Positions 1-8,862 of a stretch of DNA of 64,000 nucleotides are shown piece by piece; position 1 is the first letter of the stretch; each line of letters opens with the position of its first letter. A model generated the notes under the pieces. The model saw only the letters and a list, made by a program, of their open reading frames with translations. It was not told where the DNA came from and did no database searches. Source of the stretch: Kiritimatiellia bacterium (GTDB lineage Bacteria; Verrucomicrobiota; Kiritimatiellia; RFP12; UBA1067). A program made the translations under genes and the position numbers. The DNA lies in contig JAZOAC010000164.1 of the NCBI GenBank assembly GCA_045595285.1, positions 11,386-75,385 on the forward strand, given 5' to 3'.

Positions 1-756
1 CTGCTCGTCCCTGTCTGCCATCGGATTAAGTATTCCGCCGTCAAGCAGCGCCTGTGCGCTTATCGGCTCCTCCTCATATTCATTGAAGCCCTTCAGATGC
101 ATGAGGTCGTCCAGGTCCGTAATCTCCCCGTCACGCGATGCCGGAAGGTAGTTGGCATTCTTCTCCACATCCCTGCCATCGACAAAATCCTCGTAGGCCA
201 GCTTGTAGAAGTCGGTCTCCGCACCGCCGTCCCCGGTCATCGTACCGTCAGTGTCACGCCAATCGCACCAGCTGTCCACAATACCGTCCCAATAGTCCTC
301 CGGTACGCCGGACACCGCCAGTATCGCCTCCCATATCTTTGCGAAGTTTGAATCGCCACCAGCATAGAGATTGTTGATGTTCCACTTGGCCTCAATGGGT
401 TTGATCCTCACTGTGACCGATCCGCCGCCGGGATTGAGCGCGTCTACGGGCACCGCGCCGGTTGAGCATTCCCGGTTATCCTTCAGATCCACCTTCTCCA
501 TGTACCAGCGGTCGTCTTCAAGCTTCTCCTCGTAGTTCGTCTCCTCGTCGACCGTTACATTCTGGTAGTCAAGCATTATGACCTCAGCAATCGCAATGCC
601 GGCATCGGTAAGATGATCTACGCGCACCCGTTCCTGAAGATACAGGTTTATGCGCGTCTGAAGCTGGGCGTCGACGGCATATGTCGCTATCAACACCGAC
701 AGGACCGCAAGAATCCAGATTGCGCCGACAAGCGCACTGCCACGGCGAAGATTCAT
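1..756 (-). CDS. gspK: Type II secretion pseudopilin GspK (runs off window start)
   Basis: Hand-translated from ATG at 756: MNLRRGSALVGAIWILAVLSVLIATYA...; GspK-type prepilin N-terminus (G|SAL, no Glu5); ATGA overlap with gspJ stop. Confidence 0.8.
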   Translation of the reverse strand, partial: MNLRRGSALVGAIWILAVLSVLIATYAVDAQLQTRINLYLQERVRVDHLTDAGIAIAEVIMLDYQNVTVDEETNYEEKLEDDRWYMEKVDLKDNRECSTGAVPVDALNPGGGSVTVRIKPIEAKWNINNLYAGGDSNFAKIWEAILAVSGVPEDYWDGIVDSWCDWRDTDGTMTGDGGAETDFYKLAYEDFVDGRDVEKNANYLPASRDGEITDLDDLMHLKGFNEYEEEPISAQALLDGGILNPMADRDEQ

Positions 757-1514
757 TTCTTCTTGCCTCCCTTGTCTCCGTCCGTGCCTGACGAATCGAT
801 CTTCAGAGGATTCTGCGATATGTCCCAAAGCGGCATCTCTACAACCCGCACGACCGGATACGGTTCCTTGCCCTCCTCAAGTGGCTTCATCCAAAATGTC
901 AGCTGAACACGGCGCGGGATGCAGTTTGACGTATCCCACACATCCCGCCAGTTGGCGCGGTCGGCGTCGAACGGCTGATCCTTGTCCAGAACGCGGCAGT
1001 CGAACCCCTGCACGTTCTCGCTCAAGACGAAACGGTCCCAGTTCTCAAGATCCTCTTCATCGAAGTCCTCCGGGCGGAACTTGTTCTCGCCGATGACATC
1101 GCACACGAGTCCTCCATTCTCATACGCTTCGACGTCGCTTTCGCCCGGCTTCACGACATAGATCGAAACATGGTGCGCCGCCTTGGAGAAACGAGAGTTT
1201 CTTCCTACGATAGCCGGGCCCAGCTTCGTCCAGGCTATCATATCGGACTCTTCCGGGTCATTGCGGTCGTTACCGTTCTCCAGCTGAAACCCATCCGCGA
1301 CCGTGGTTTCGCCGCTTGTCGGGAAATATGCGCTGCGCAACGCACTGGTTATCTGCGCGAGAGCGTAATCAGTGCGCTGCATATTGTCGGCCATCTCCGT
1401 GGCGAGATTCCAGTTTCTGATGATCGTGTGGAACGTCCACGTCGATACGATGGTGAGAATCGAAAGTATCAATACGGCGAGCATCAGCTCCACTATGGTG
1501 AACGCCTTCTTCAT
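753..1514 (-). CDS. gspJ: Type II secretion minor pseudopilin, GspJ-like
   Basis: MKKAFTIVELMLAVLILS prepilin motif; C-terminal IPRRVQLTF typical of GspJ; operon position. Confidence 0.75.
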   Translation of the reverse strand: MKKAFTIVELMLAVLILSILTIVSTWTFHTIIRNWNLATEMADNMQRTDYALAQITSALRSAYFPTSGETTVADGFQLENGNDRNDPEESDMIAWTKLGPAIVGRNSRFSKAAHHVSIYVVKPGESDVEAYENGGLVCDVIGENKFRPEDFDEEDLENWDRFVLSENVQGFDCRVLDKDQPFDADRANWRDVWDTSNCIPRRVQLTFWMKPLEEGKEPYPVVRVVEMPLWDISQNPLKIDSSGTDGDKGGKKK

Positions 1515-1999
1515 CGCTTCTTTCTCCAAAGCGTGATGACCGTGGTCTCGCTGCGGTCCTTGCTACGCCTTGCATGCCCCCACCTGATCACCGTTCGCAC
1601 GGTGTACAGATATCCGCTCCGGGCCAATTCCTCGTCGTCGATATCGTCCACCGTCCGTTCAAATGTGTAGTATTCAAGTTCATCCCTGCGCTCTTTGGTT
1701 ATGTCATCCAGCTCAAGGTCGCGCAAGAGCGTCAACGCCTCGGTCTCCTCAATGTTGAGGAGCTCGTTGTCCAACGGATCGTCAGAGACCTGATCTGGCG
1801 ACGGCAGCGGATACAGCGTCTCACCCAACATGAGGACATACTGAGCGGTCTCAAACCCCTGCGTGGCCCGCATTATCCGCTGGCACTGCATAAACGCCGT
1901 AAGAAGAGCCACAAGCCCGAGCGAGAGGATTATGGTCGCCACCATAACCTCCAGGAGCGTAAAACCCATGCGAAATCTACCGGCGGCGTTTACGGGCAT
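1511..1999 (-). CDS. gspI: Type II secretion minor pseudopilin, GspI-like
   Basis: GFTLLEVMVATIIL prepilin motif; lies between H and J; start uncertain. Confidence 0.7.
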   Translation of the reverse strand: MPVNAAGRFRMGFTLLEVMVATIILSLGLVALLTAFMQCQRIMRATQGFETAQYVLMLGETLYPLPSPDQVSDDPLDNELLNIEETEALTLLRDLELDDITKERRDELEYYTFERTVDDIDDEELARSGYLYTVRTVIRWGHARRSKDRSETTVITLWRKKR

Positions 2000-2831
2000 C
2001 ACCACGTCTCCCTTCGCCGTCCACACCGTCTCCGACAGTGGCCTTACCACTGCGAGAGATGTTTATCGCAAACCCTTCATCAGCCTCTGACGCATCCTGT
2101 AGCCTGATGATGATTCTGTGAGGGTTCACGCTTCCATTCGTCTCATAGGTTACGGAAACCGGTGCCTCGTCGCCCTCTTCTTCGGAATCCTTTTCCTCGT
2201 CGTCCTCCCTGCCGATGTCTAGACTGTTAAAGACATCCACGACCGGCTTTTTCCTCTCCGGCTGCCTGAGGGAAAGAGACGCAGCGACCTCCGGAGGCAG
2301 CGGCTCGCCGTCCTCGCCAAGGACCTCAACCCTGATTTCAATCCCGTCGTATTCGCCCTCGGCATCCTCCTTGGCGAGTTCTTCGGGATTGAGAGCCTGA
2401 CGCGTGTAGAAAAAGCTCTTTTTCTCCTTCTCGACCGCACCCGACGCTCCCTGAGGCGAATCACCGGCAGCATCAACAGACCCGTCCCCCTCGACCTCAG
2501 CGGCAACTTCCGCGGCTGTTTGCGTAACTTCGCCATTGACCTCCTGATATATCGGATCGGAAGGAGCGCCCACCTCACCGGAACCGGTCGTCTCACCGGA
2601 TATTCGGACCTCGACGCGCCCCTTCCTGTGGAAGGTAATGACGACGGGACGCTGCCTGAGAAGAGCAAGCGAGGAGGCGTAGCGCGAGAGCTGGATCACT
2701 CCACGTGTCGCCTCCTTCACCTTTACGGCGCCGCGCCCGGAAGCTACGCTCATGACCGCGCTGGCGAGCATTATCGCAATGATGCCAACGACTATCAGAA
2801 TCTCAATAAGCGTAAAACCGGCGCGCCTCAC
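1977..2831 (-). CDS. gspH: Type II secretion minor pseudopilin, GspH-like, with long acidic insertions
   Basis: RRAGFTLIEILIVVGII motif; GTG start at 2831 inferred; follows gspG. Confidence 0.7.
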   Translation of the reverse strand: MRRAGFTLIEILIVVGIIAIMLASAVMSVASGRGAVKVKEATRGVIQLSRYASSLALLRQRPVVITFHRKGRVEVRISGETTGSGEVGAPSDPIYQEVNGEVTQTAAEVAAEVEGDGSVDAAGDSPQGASGAVEKEKKSFFYTRQALNPEELAKEDAEGEYDGIEIRVEVLGEDGEPLPPEVAASLSLRQPERKKPVVDVFNSLDIGREDDEEKDSEEEGDEAPVSVTYETNGSVNPHRIIIRLQDASEADEGFAINISRSGKATVGDGVDGEGRRGDARKRRR

Positions 2832-2865
2832 GGTGTCAACACCCGCTGAACGCGGGTCTCCGCAA

Positions 2866-3285
2866 TTACTTCTTCTTGCTCTCGACGTTCGTGATGTCGT
2901 CTTCGGTACCCATTTCGCCGTCAGGGCCCGCGGACGTGATCTTCGGACGCTTCTTGCCGCGCTTCTCGAACTGGAGCGGAGTGCCCCACGGATCTTCGGT
3001 GCCACCCTGGAGAAGCGCATCCTCGTCCTCGGTCTCCTCCGTGAGGACATCAAGCGAATCGGGATACTTGCCGCCGTGCTTCATGCTGTAGGCGACAAGG
3101 GCCTCCTCGACATTCTTGATCTGAACGCGGGCAGACGCCACGCGCGCTTCGTTCATCTTGCCCGTCACGTTTGGAATCAGCACCGCGACCAGAAGGCCTA
3201 TGATGCCGACAACCACCATGATTTCGATGAGCGTAAAGCCCTGCTCTGCCTTACGGACGATCTTCTTTATTTCTTCCCTCTTCAT
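2866..3285 (-). CDS. gspG: Type II secretion major pseudopilin GspG
   Basis: QGFTLIEIMVVVGIIG; DPWG and SAGPDGEMGTEDDI motifs. Confidence 0.92.
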   Translation of the reverse strand: MKREEIKKIVRKAEQGFTLIEIMVVVGIIGLLVAVLIPNVTGKMNEARVASARVQIKNVEEALVAYSMKHGGKYPDSLDVLTEETEDEDALLQGGTEDPWGTPLQFEKRGKKRPKITSAGPDGEMGTEDDITNVESKKK

Positions 3286-3348
3286 TTCTGTTTCCTTTCT
3301 TTTATTCTTTCTAGAACCATCGCTCTTTGCTCTTCACGCATCCCCCAA

Positions 3349-4482
3349 CTACCCTATCGCATTCACCATGCCGAACACGGCCATGAGGATTGCGAGCACG
3401 ACAAATCCGAGCACCACAGCCACGCCGACGATGAGAATCGGCTCGAGAGCCGTGGTGAACGCCGCAATGCTGCGGTTCATGTCCTTCTCGTACCGCATGC
3501 CGATGTGTTCAAGCGATGCGGCCATGTTGCCGGCGCGTTCGCCGACGGCAAGCATATCGGTCATCATGCGCGGGAATGCGCCAGACTGGGCGAGCGGACC
3601 GGAGATCGAAGTGCCGTCCGTGACACGCTTCCTCGCATTCGCGAGCGCCGCACCGATGACGGCGTTTCCGCACGTCTCCTCCGCAATCCGAAGGGCGTTG
3701 AGCACATTGACGCCGTTCGACAGGAGCGTCTTCAGGGTAAAAGCGAGTGACGCGTAGATTCCGTTCGCGACGATGTTTTTGATGAGCGGCATCTTGAGCT
3801 TCACGCCGTCGAACTTGATCCGCCCGGAAGGCGTCGCCACCCACTTCCTGAACCAGACCACGAGCGCGAATATCCCTATCGCCATGAGCCAGCCGTACCC
3901 GATCACCGCATCGCTCATTCCGATGAGTATGCGCGTGGGCAGCGGCAGCGATCCACCCATGGAGGCGAACACCTTCTCGAAGAGAGGAATGATCCACACA
4001 AGCGCACCTATCACGCCGATGACGCCCAGCGACAGCACGATGCACGGATAGATGAGAGCGCCTTTCACCTTGCTGCGGATATTGTCATTGCGCTCGTAAT
4101 GGTCCACCAGACGGCGGAGCACCTCAATCATCGCGCCAGACGATTCGCCCGCCTTGATCATGTTTCCGTAGAGCGGCTGAAACGTCTTAGGATGATGCTT
4201 CACCGCCTCCGAAAACGCCTCGCCGTTCACGATACGGTCTGTGAGATCCTTGCAGACAAGCCTTTGCGCGGAACCCTCGTCACCCTGACTCGCCAATGCC
4301 CCGAGCGCCTGGCCGAGAGTCATGCCGGCCTCAAGAAGGTCGGCCAACTCGCCCGTGAAAAGGAGAACATCAGTCTCCTTCATCACAGGCTCTTTGCCCG
4401 TCTTCGAGGACCTATCGGTGCGTCTTCTGGTTGTCTGCCTTGCCATGCCTTGCTCTATGCGCGAGACGTCAACTGATGACAA
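3349..4482 (-). CDS. gspF: Type II secretion inner-membrane platform protein GspF/PilC
   Basis: AGESSG, ALIYP, VGERAG, LEPILIV motifs; three hydrophobic segments; start may be 4447. Confidence 0.9.
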   Translation of the reverse strand: MSSVDVSRIEQGMARQTTRRRTDRSSKTGKEPVMKETDVLLFTGELADLLEAGMTLGQALGALASQGDEGSAQRLVCKDLTDRIVNGEAFSEAVKHHPKTFQPLYGNMIKAGESSGAMIEVLRRLVDHYERNDNIRSKVKGALIYPCIVLSLGVIGVIGALVWIIPLFEKVFASMGGSLPLPTRILIGMSDAVIGYGWLMAIGIFALVVWFRKWVATPSGRIKFDGVKLKMPLIKNIVANGIYASLAFTLKTLLSNGVNVLNALRIAEETCGNAVIGAALANARKRVTDGTSISGPLAQSGAFPRMMTDMLAVGERAGNMAASLEHIGMRYEKDMNRSIAAFTTALEPILIVGVAVVLGFVVLAILMAVFGMVNAIG

Positions 4483-4639
4483 TCTCAGTGAAACATTTGT
4501 CGTGCCGCATATTATACCACACCTGTCGCACTAGAATTCTGCCGCTAATAACATGGCCACTTACCCGGATCAGCCCTCTGTCTTCGAAGAGGAGGCTCGT
4601 ATTGTCCACTGGCGAGAGAAAGCCCCCCCCTCTTTTCAG

Positions 4640-5548
4640 CTATGCCCTTGGATGGTACCTTCTGTGAATATCGCCGAGTCTTGACTGATCCACATGCGTA
4701 TAGATTTGGGTTGTCGATATGGAGGAATGCCCGAGCATCTCCTGTATTGCACGGATATCTGCCCCATGCGACAGGAGATGGGACGCAAAACAGTGCCTCA
4801 GAACATGCGGCGACACCGTATCGGGATCGACACCTGCCGCGACCGCACGCTGCTTGAGAATCTTGAACACTCCCATACGGGTGAATTTCTTTCCGAGTCT
4901 TGTCAGAAAAAGATGCCGTTCGGAGACGTTGCCCTTTGAGAATGTATCTCTGGCAGACTCCAGATAGCGAGTGATCGCATTTCCTGCGGCGCCTCCTATC
5001 GGAACAACCCGATCCTTGGCCCCCTTGCCTGTACACCGTACAAGCTCCGCACCGAACGGAAACGACTCTAGCGTAAGGTCGCACAACTCGCTTACGCGAA
5101 GTCCGCAGCCATAGAGCAGCTCCAGCATGGCTCGATCCCGCAGATCGCGAGGTTCTGTGCCCGACACCGAATCCACTAGACGCTGCATCGCCTCCTCTGG
5201 CAGTATCTTCGGCAGGACCAACCCTTTCTTCGGAGACTCCAGACCTTCAGTCGGATCAACGGCAATCAGCCGCGTGTCCTTCAGATGCGAAAAGAACTCT
5301 TTTATGGCGGTGAATGCACGAGCTCTGGAGGAAGCACGCTTCGCCGTATCACGCAACACATCCAGGTAGGAGGTCATACAGGCCCTGGACACCTTCCCGG
5401 CATCATGCACCCCCTGCCCATCAAGAAAACGAACGAGGGCCCGCACATCGCGCAGGTATGCCTCCTGCGTATTCTCTGCGAGCCCACGCTCCAGCGCGAG
5501 CGCGGCGGCGAACGACTCTACCGCCTCTGTAAACGATACTGCGCCCAT
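4640..5548 (-). CDS. xerD: Site-specific tyrosine recombinase XerD
   Basis: RDRAMLELLYGCGLRVSEL, GKGAKDRVVP, SPHVLRHCFASHLL, LGHSSISTTQIYTHV, ends YHPRA. Confidence 0.88.
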   Translation of the reverse strand: MGAVSFTEAVESFAAALALERGLAENTQEAYLRDVRALVRFLDGQGVHDAGKVSRACMTSYLDVLRDTAKRASSRARAFTAIKEFFSHLKDTRLIAVDPTEGLESPKKGLVLPKILPEEAMQRLVDSVSGTEPRDLRDRAMLELLYGCGLRVSELCDLTLESFPFGAELVRCTGKGAKDRVVPIGGAAGNAITRYLESARDTFSKGNVSERHLFLTRLGKKFTRMGVFKILKQRAVAAGVDPDTVSPHVLRHCFASHLLSHGADIRAIQEMLGHSSISTTQIYTHVDQSRLGDIHRRYHPRA

Positions 5549-5559
5549 GCCAAGGCCGC

Positions 5560-6531
5560 TTAGCAGCGACCCTTGGACTTGAGGAACTTGAAGGATGCGT
5601 CGATGGTGGAGAGCGAATCCTCATGCTTCTCGCACTCGACCACATACCACTTCACGCCGTCTGCGTCGGAAGCCTTGAAAAGCCTGTCCCAATCAACGCC
5701 GGGAACGGTGCGTCCGTCATTGAACTTTCCGGGCTGTCCGAGAATCGCATCAAACTTATCCGCCCATGTGCGCTTGCAGTCCGCTGAATACACGCAACCG
5801 TTCTCCTTTGCGTGGAGAGTGGGGCTGCGATGCGGATATTTCACGTACTGTTCGCACGGATCGTATCCGGCGGCGGTAGTCCAACCGACATCCTGCTCCA
5901 TGCAGACATTCTGAGGCGTGTTCTTGAAGAAATAGTCCCAAACGGTCGTGCCGTCGGAGAGCTTCATCTGGAATTCCCAGGAGTGGTTGTGGAAACCAAT
6001 CTTGCATCCGAACCTAGCGGCATCCTCTGCGGCCTTGGCATAGTATTCGGTGAGATACTTCCACCAGTCGTCCTTGATTCCGGAAGTGGAGTTCCACGAC
6101 GTTCCGGCAGGACGATTGCCGCCTCCGGGGCAGATGATGAGATTGTTTCCGAATGTGAGGTTGAACTCGCAGGTCGCCTTCACCTTCTCCGGACCGAACG
6201 CATCCTTGCCTACATGCGTACCGCAGGCGACAAGCCCGTTCGCCTTGAGCATCCTGTCAAGGGATTTCGCATCCAGACCGTAATAGCCGGCCATCTCCAC
6301 ACCCTTGTATCCGATCCTAGCGACATCCTCAAGAGCCTTCTCAGGCCCGACTCCGCCGATGGCGGAATCGCTGCCCTTGAGACGCTTACCCATGATGTAA
6401 GTGCGGATGGAGTAGAGCTGCACGGCGACCTGCGCCTTTGGCACGCTGCAAAGCGAACAGCACCCCGGAAGCGAGGCGGCGGAAAGCGCCGCAAAAGACG
6501 AGCCCAGGAAGGAACGACGATTGATATCCAT
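5560..6531 (-). CDS. Sugar phosphate isomerase/epimerase (xylose isomerase-like TIM barrel), Tat signal
   Basis: NRRSFL signal; VQLYSIR, FHNHSWEF, EQDVGW, LHAKE, VVECE. Confidence 0.85.
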   Translation of the reverse strand: MDINRRSFLGSSFAALSAASLPGCCSLCSVPKAQVAVQLYSIRTYIMGKRLKGSDSAIGGVGPEKALEDVARIGYKGVEMAGYYGLDAKSLDRMLKANGLVACGTHVGKDAFGPEKVKATCEFNLTFGNNLIICPGGGNRPAGTSWNSTSGIKDDWWKYLTEYYAKAAEDAARFGCKIGFHNHSWEFQMKLSDGTTVWDYFFKNTPQNVCMEQDVGWTTAAGYDPCEQYVKYPHRSPTLHAKENGCVYSADCKRTWADKFDAILGQPGKFNDGRTVPGVDWDRLFKASDADGVKWYVVECEKHEDSLSTIDASFKFLKSKGRC

Positions 6532-6627
6532 TTTTCAGTTTATCCTTTCTTTAGTTCTTGTTGAAATTGAAACAGACCCATGCCGACAGCGCACCTGCCT
6601 TGCGGCATGCCGGAAACCCTTGGATGA

Positions 6628-7848
6628 TCAGTCGTTGAACCAATTCCAGAATTCCCACCAGGACGGCTCAGACATGCCGAGAGCTTCCCTAACGGCCTTG
6701 CCAAACGCCTTGCTCATGGACATCATGCCAAGATCGTTCGGATGCACACCATCAACAGTGCCTTCCAGATCTCCCGTATACATATCCGTCTTGGGCAGAT
6801 ACACTAGATTCTTCCATCCTTCGGCAATGAGCTTGTCGTAGAGTTTCTTTATGAATACATCCTTGACCGACGGTCCCTTGCAATACACGTCGCACTGCTC
6901 CGCCATGATAATCGGCACGTTGGGACGAAGCTTGCGGAGATTGCGGATGAACGGCTCATAGCGTGCACGCACCAAAGCATCGGGACCAGGCTTGACACCT
7001 TTAAGGTCCTCTACGCTCTTTGCTTTGCTATCCTTTACGTTCCCCATGTTCCAAAGGCAGTCCAACACATAGCAGCTCGCATCAATCGCCGCAAGATGCT
7101 CGCTCATCTCGAACTCCATGCGACCCGATCCGGAAAATCCGAGGTTCACAATCGGCACATCAAGGTCGCGTCCGACAATCGAGGGAAATGCAAGACCAGG
7201 GCGTGAAGCGCATCCGCCATGCGTGATTGACGTACCGTAGAACACGACCGGCTTGTTGATGCCGCTCTTGCGCGGACCGAGAGCCTTGACCTCCGCATTC
7301 TTCTCAATACCGAGCGAAAACGATGTAATGCCGTTATAGAGCGGAAGGTTCACGAGACAAGGATCGCCTGGTTTCCAGGAAATCTTGAGACTGCCGCCCG
7401 TCTTCGCATCGCGCAAGCGGCCAGTCTTGACATATCGCCATTTCCCGTCTGCATCCTGCCTATACACATCGATTCCGGACACGCCTGTAGACGGCATATG
7501 GTCCATGGCAAGTCTCGCGTTGATAGGCTTCCACCTGAAATGGAGAATGCCGGAATCCGTACTGAAGCGGAACTGCAAACCGGACGAATGATTCTTCATC
7601 CCACGCACACCGGCATTCACCCTCTCCGTGACATTCGATGGAAGGCGATCATAAAAGGCAGCCGTGTTGCTGAAACACTTGCCTTCAAGCGGAAGATATC
7701 TGCCATCTATCCACTTTACCCCTTTTGTGTCCACAGTCGCCTTCTCAAGCGCCATGCGCGGATCGAATTTCTCAATCGCATTCTCCTGGGCAACCATCAC
7801 GCCCACCGCAAATGCAGTCGCAACAACCAATGTAATTTTAGTTTTCAT
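6628..7848 (-). CDS. SGNH/GDSL hydrolase with N-terminal GxDxY domain (putative acetylesterase)
   Basis: SGIDVY, FYGTSITHG, NLGFSGSG, DGVHPND; signal peptide from ATG 7848; GTGGTACAAT -10 box just upstream. Confidence 0.85.
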   Translation of the reverse strand: MKTKITLVVATAFAVGVMVAQENAIEKFDPRMALEKATVDTKGVKWIDGRYLPLEGKCFSNTAAFYDRLPSNVTERVNAGVRGMKNHSSGLQFRFSTDSGILHFRWKPINARLAMDHMPSTGVSGIDVYRQDADGKWRYVKTGRLRDAKTGGSLKISWKPGDPCLVNLPLYNGITSFSLGIEKNAEVKALGPRKSGINKPVVFYGTSITHGGCASRPGLAFPSIVGRDLDVPIVNLGFSGSGRMEFEMSEHLAAIDASCYVLDCLWNMGNVKDSKAKSVEDLKGVKPGPDALVRARYEPFIRNLRKLRPNVPIIMAEQCDVYCKGPSVKDVFIKKLYDKLIAEGWKNLVYLPKTDMYTGDLEGTVDGVHPNDLGMMSMSKAFGKAVREALGMSEPSWWEFWNWFND

Positions 7849-7921
7849 GCGCAACATTGTACCACTTTCCCCGCAAAAATGGAACCATTGCATGCAACAC
7901 CAACGCAATGGCAGGCCTGAA

Positions 7922-8153
7922 AGGACCGAAATCATCCCTCCACCATTTGCATCGCCAGCAGCGTCGCCTCCTCTATCGTATGGTTCTCTAGCGCCTCGCC
8001 GATCGTGTCGCCGCTCGGAGGATCGAGCGGCTTCCACGTGCGGCCAAGCGGCAGAAGCCGCACTTCCGCATGGAGCGGCCATGCAGGGCCGGCATGGAAC
8101 GGACCGTAATACTGCATGTTGTTCGAAAGCGGATATTCCGCGTAGGCGTCCGA
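7922..8153 (-). pseudogene. Relic fragment of a paralog of the 878-aa gene (10611..13247)
   Basis: Encodes SDAYAEYPLSNNMQYYGPFHAGPAWPL...EALENHTIEEA, near-identical to the internal segment at ~11540-11744. Confidence 0.85.
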
Positions 8154-8244
8154 AATACAGATTATAGAAACATCATATAATATTTTTGCAACTGGCGGCA
8201 TTTTTATTGCTTCCCTTCTGTATTTTGTCTACTGAAGCCGTGCC

Positions 8245-8862
8245 TTATGGCGCATGCAGACGCCACACTCGCGTCTCACCCTTTCTCATATTCTCACGAA
8301 TGGCTTTAACCCCTTTTCTATCGTGAGATGCGGCAAATATCTCGCTGACATTGCTGACTTCCGGCAATTCGACCTTTTTATTTCCATCTGATGAGGCATG
8401 CACAGTCACATACCCGCGCCCGGCGGAAAAAACATCGTCTGTATCCATCCAGACATGCACACCTGCATCCCGGAATGCATTACGCACAGTTGATGGTGCC
8501 GCAGGTTCCGGCATGAATATGCTCTGCCATCCGTCATGTCTGCAAATGGAACTCCCGACGGGAACTATCTGACGATCGTACGGACAAGTTGAATCAAGGG
8601 TTCTTAATTTTACAGGAACGCCAACAATGTCCTCAACCAGACTCACGCCGCCCTCTCCAGCGCCATCATAATATCCCGGTGCAAAAAACCATATTGCCGT
8701 CTTCCCCGGGCGTCTCACAACACGTTTGATTCTTTCGCGCATTTCACCGGTCAGTGTAAATGTGTTGGGGAACACATATACCTTGTAATCCGGCAGGCGG
8801 GGATCGGCAATATCTGAAAGTTCATACGAATCAAAAGGCACCCCGCAAGACAAAAGAATCAC
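8245..8862 (-). pseudogene. Probable C-terminal fragment of a GH42-like/beta-galactosidase trimerisation-domain protein
   Basis: Starts abruptly at GVPFDSYELSDI...YKVYVFPNTF; ends GETRVWRL; no catalytic domain or signal peptide. Confidence 0.55.

Noticed and set aside
7849-8082. N-terminal extension of the SGNH hydrolase (484-aa call)
   Set aside because: Reads through the paralog relic; a -10 box and signal peptide support the 7848 start
8161-8212. Additional TTTTTGCAA operator
   Set aside because: Second box is weak and spacing to TATAAT differs from the three good sites
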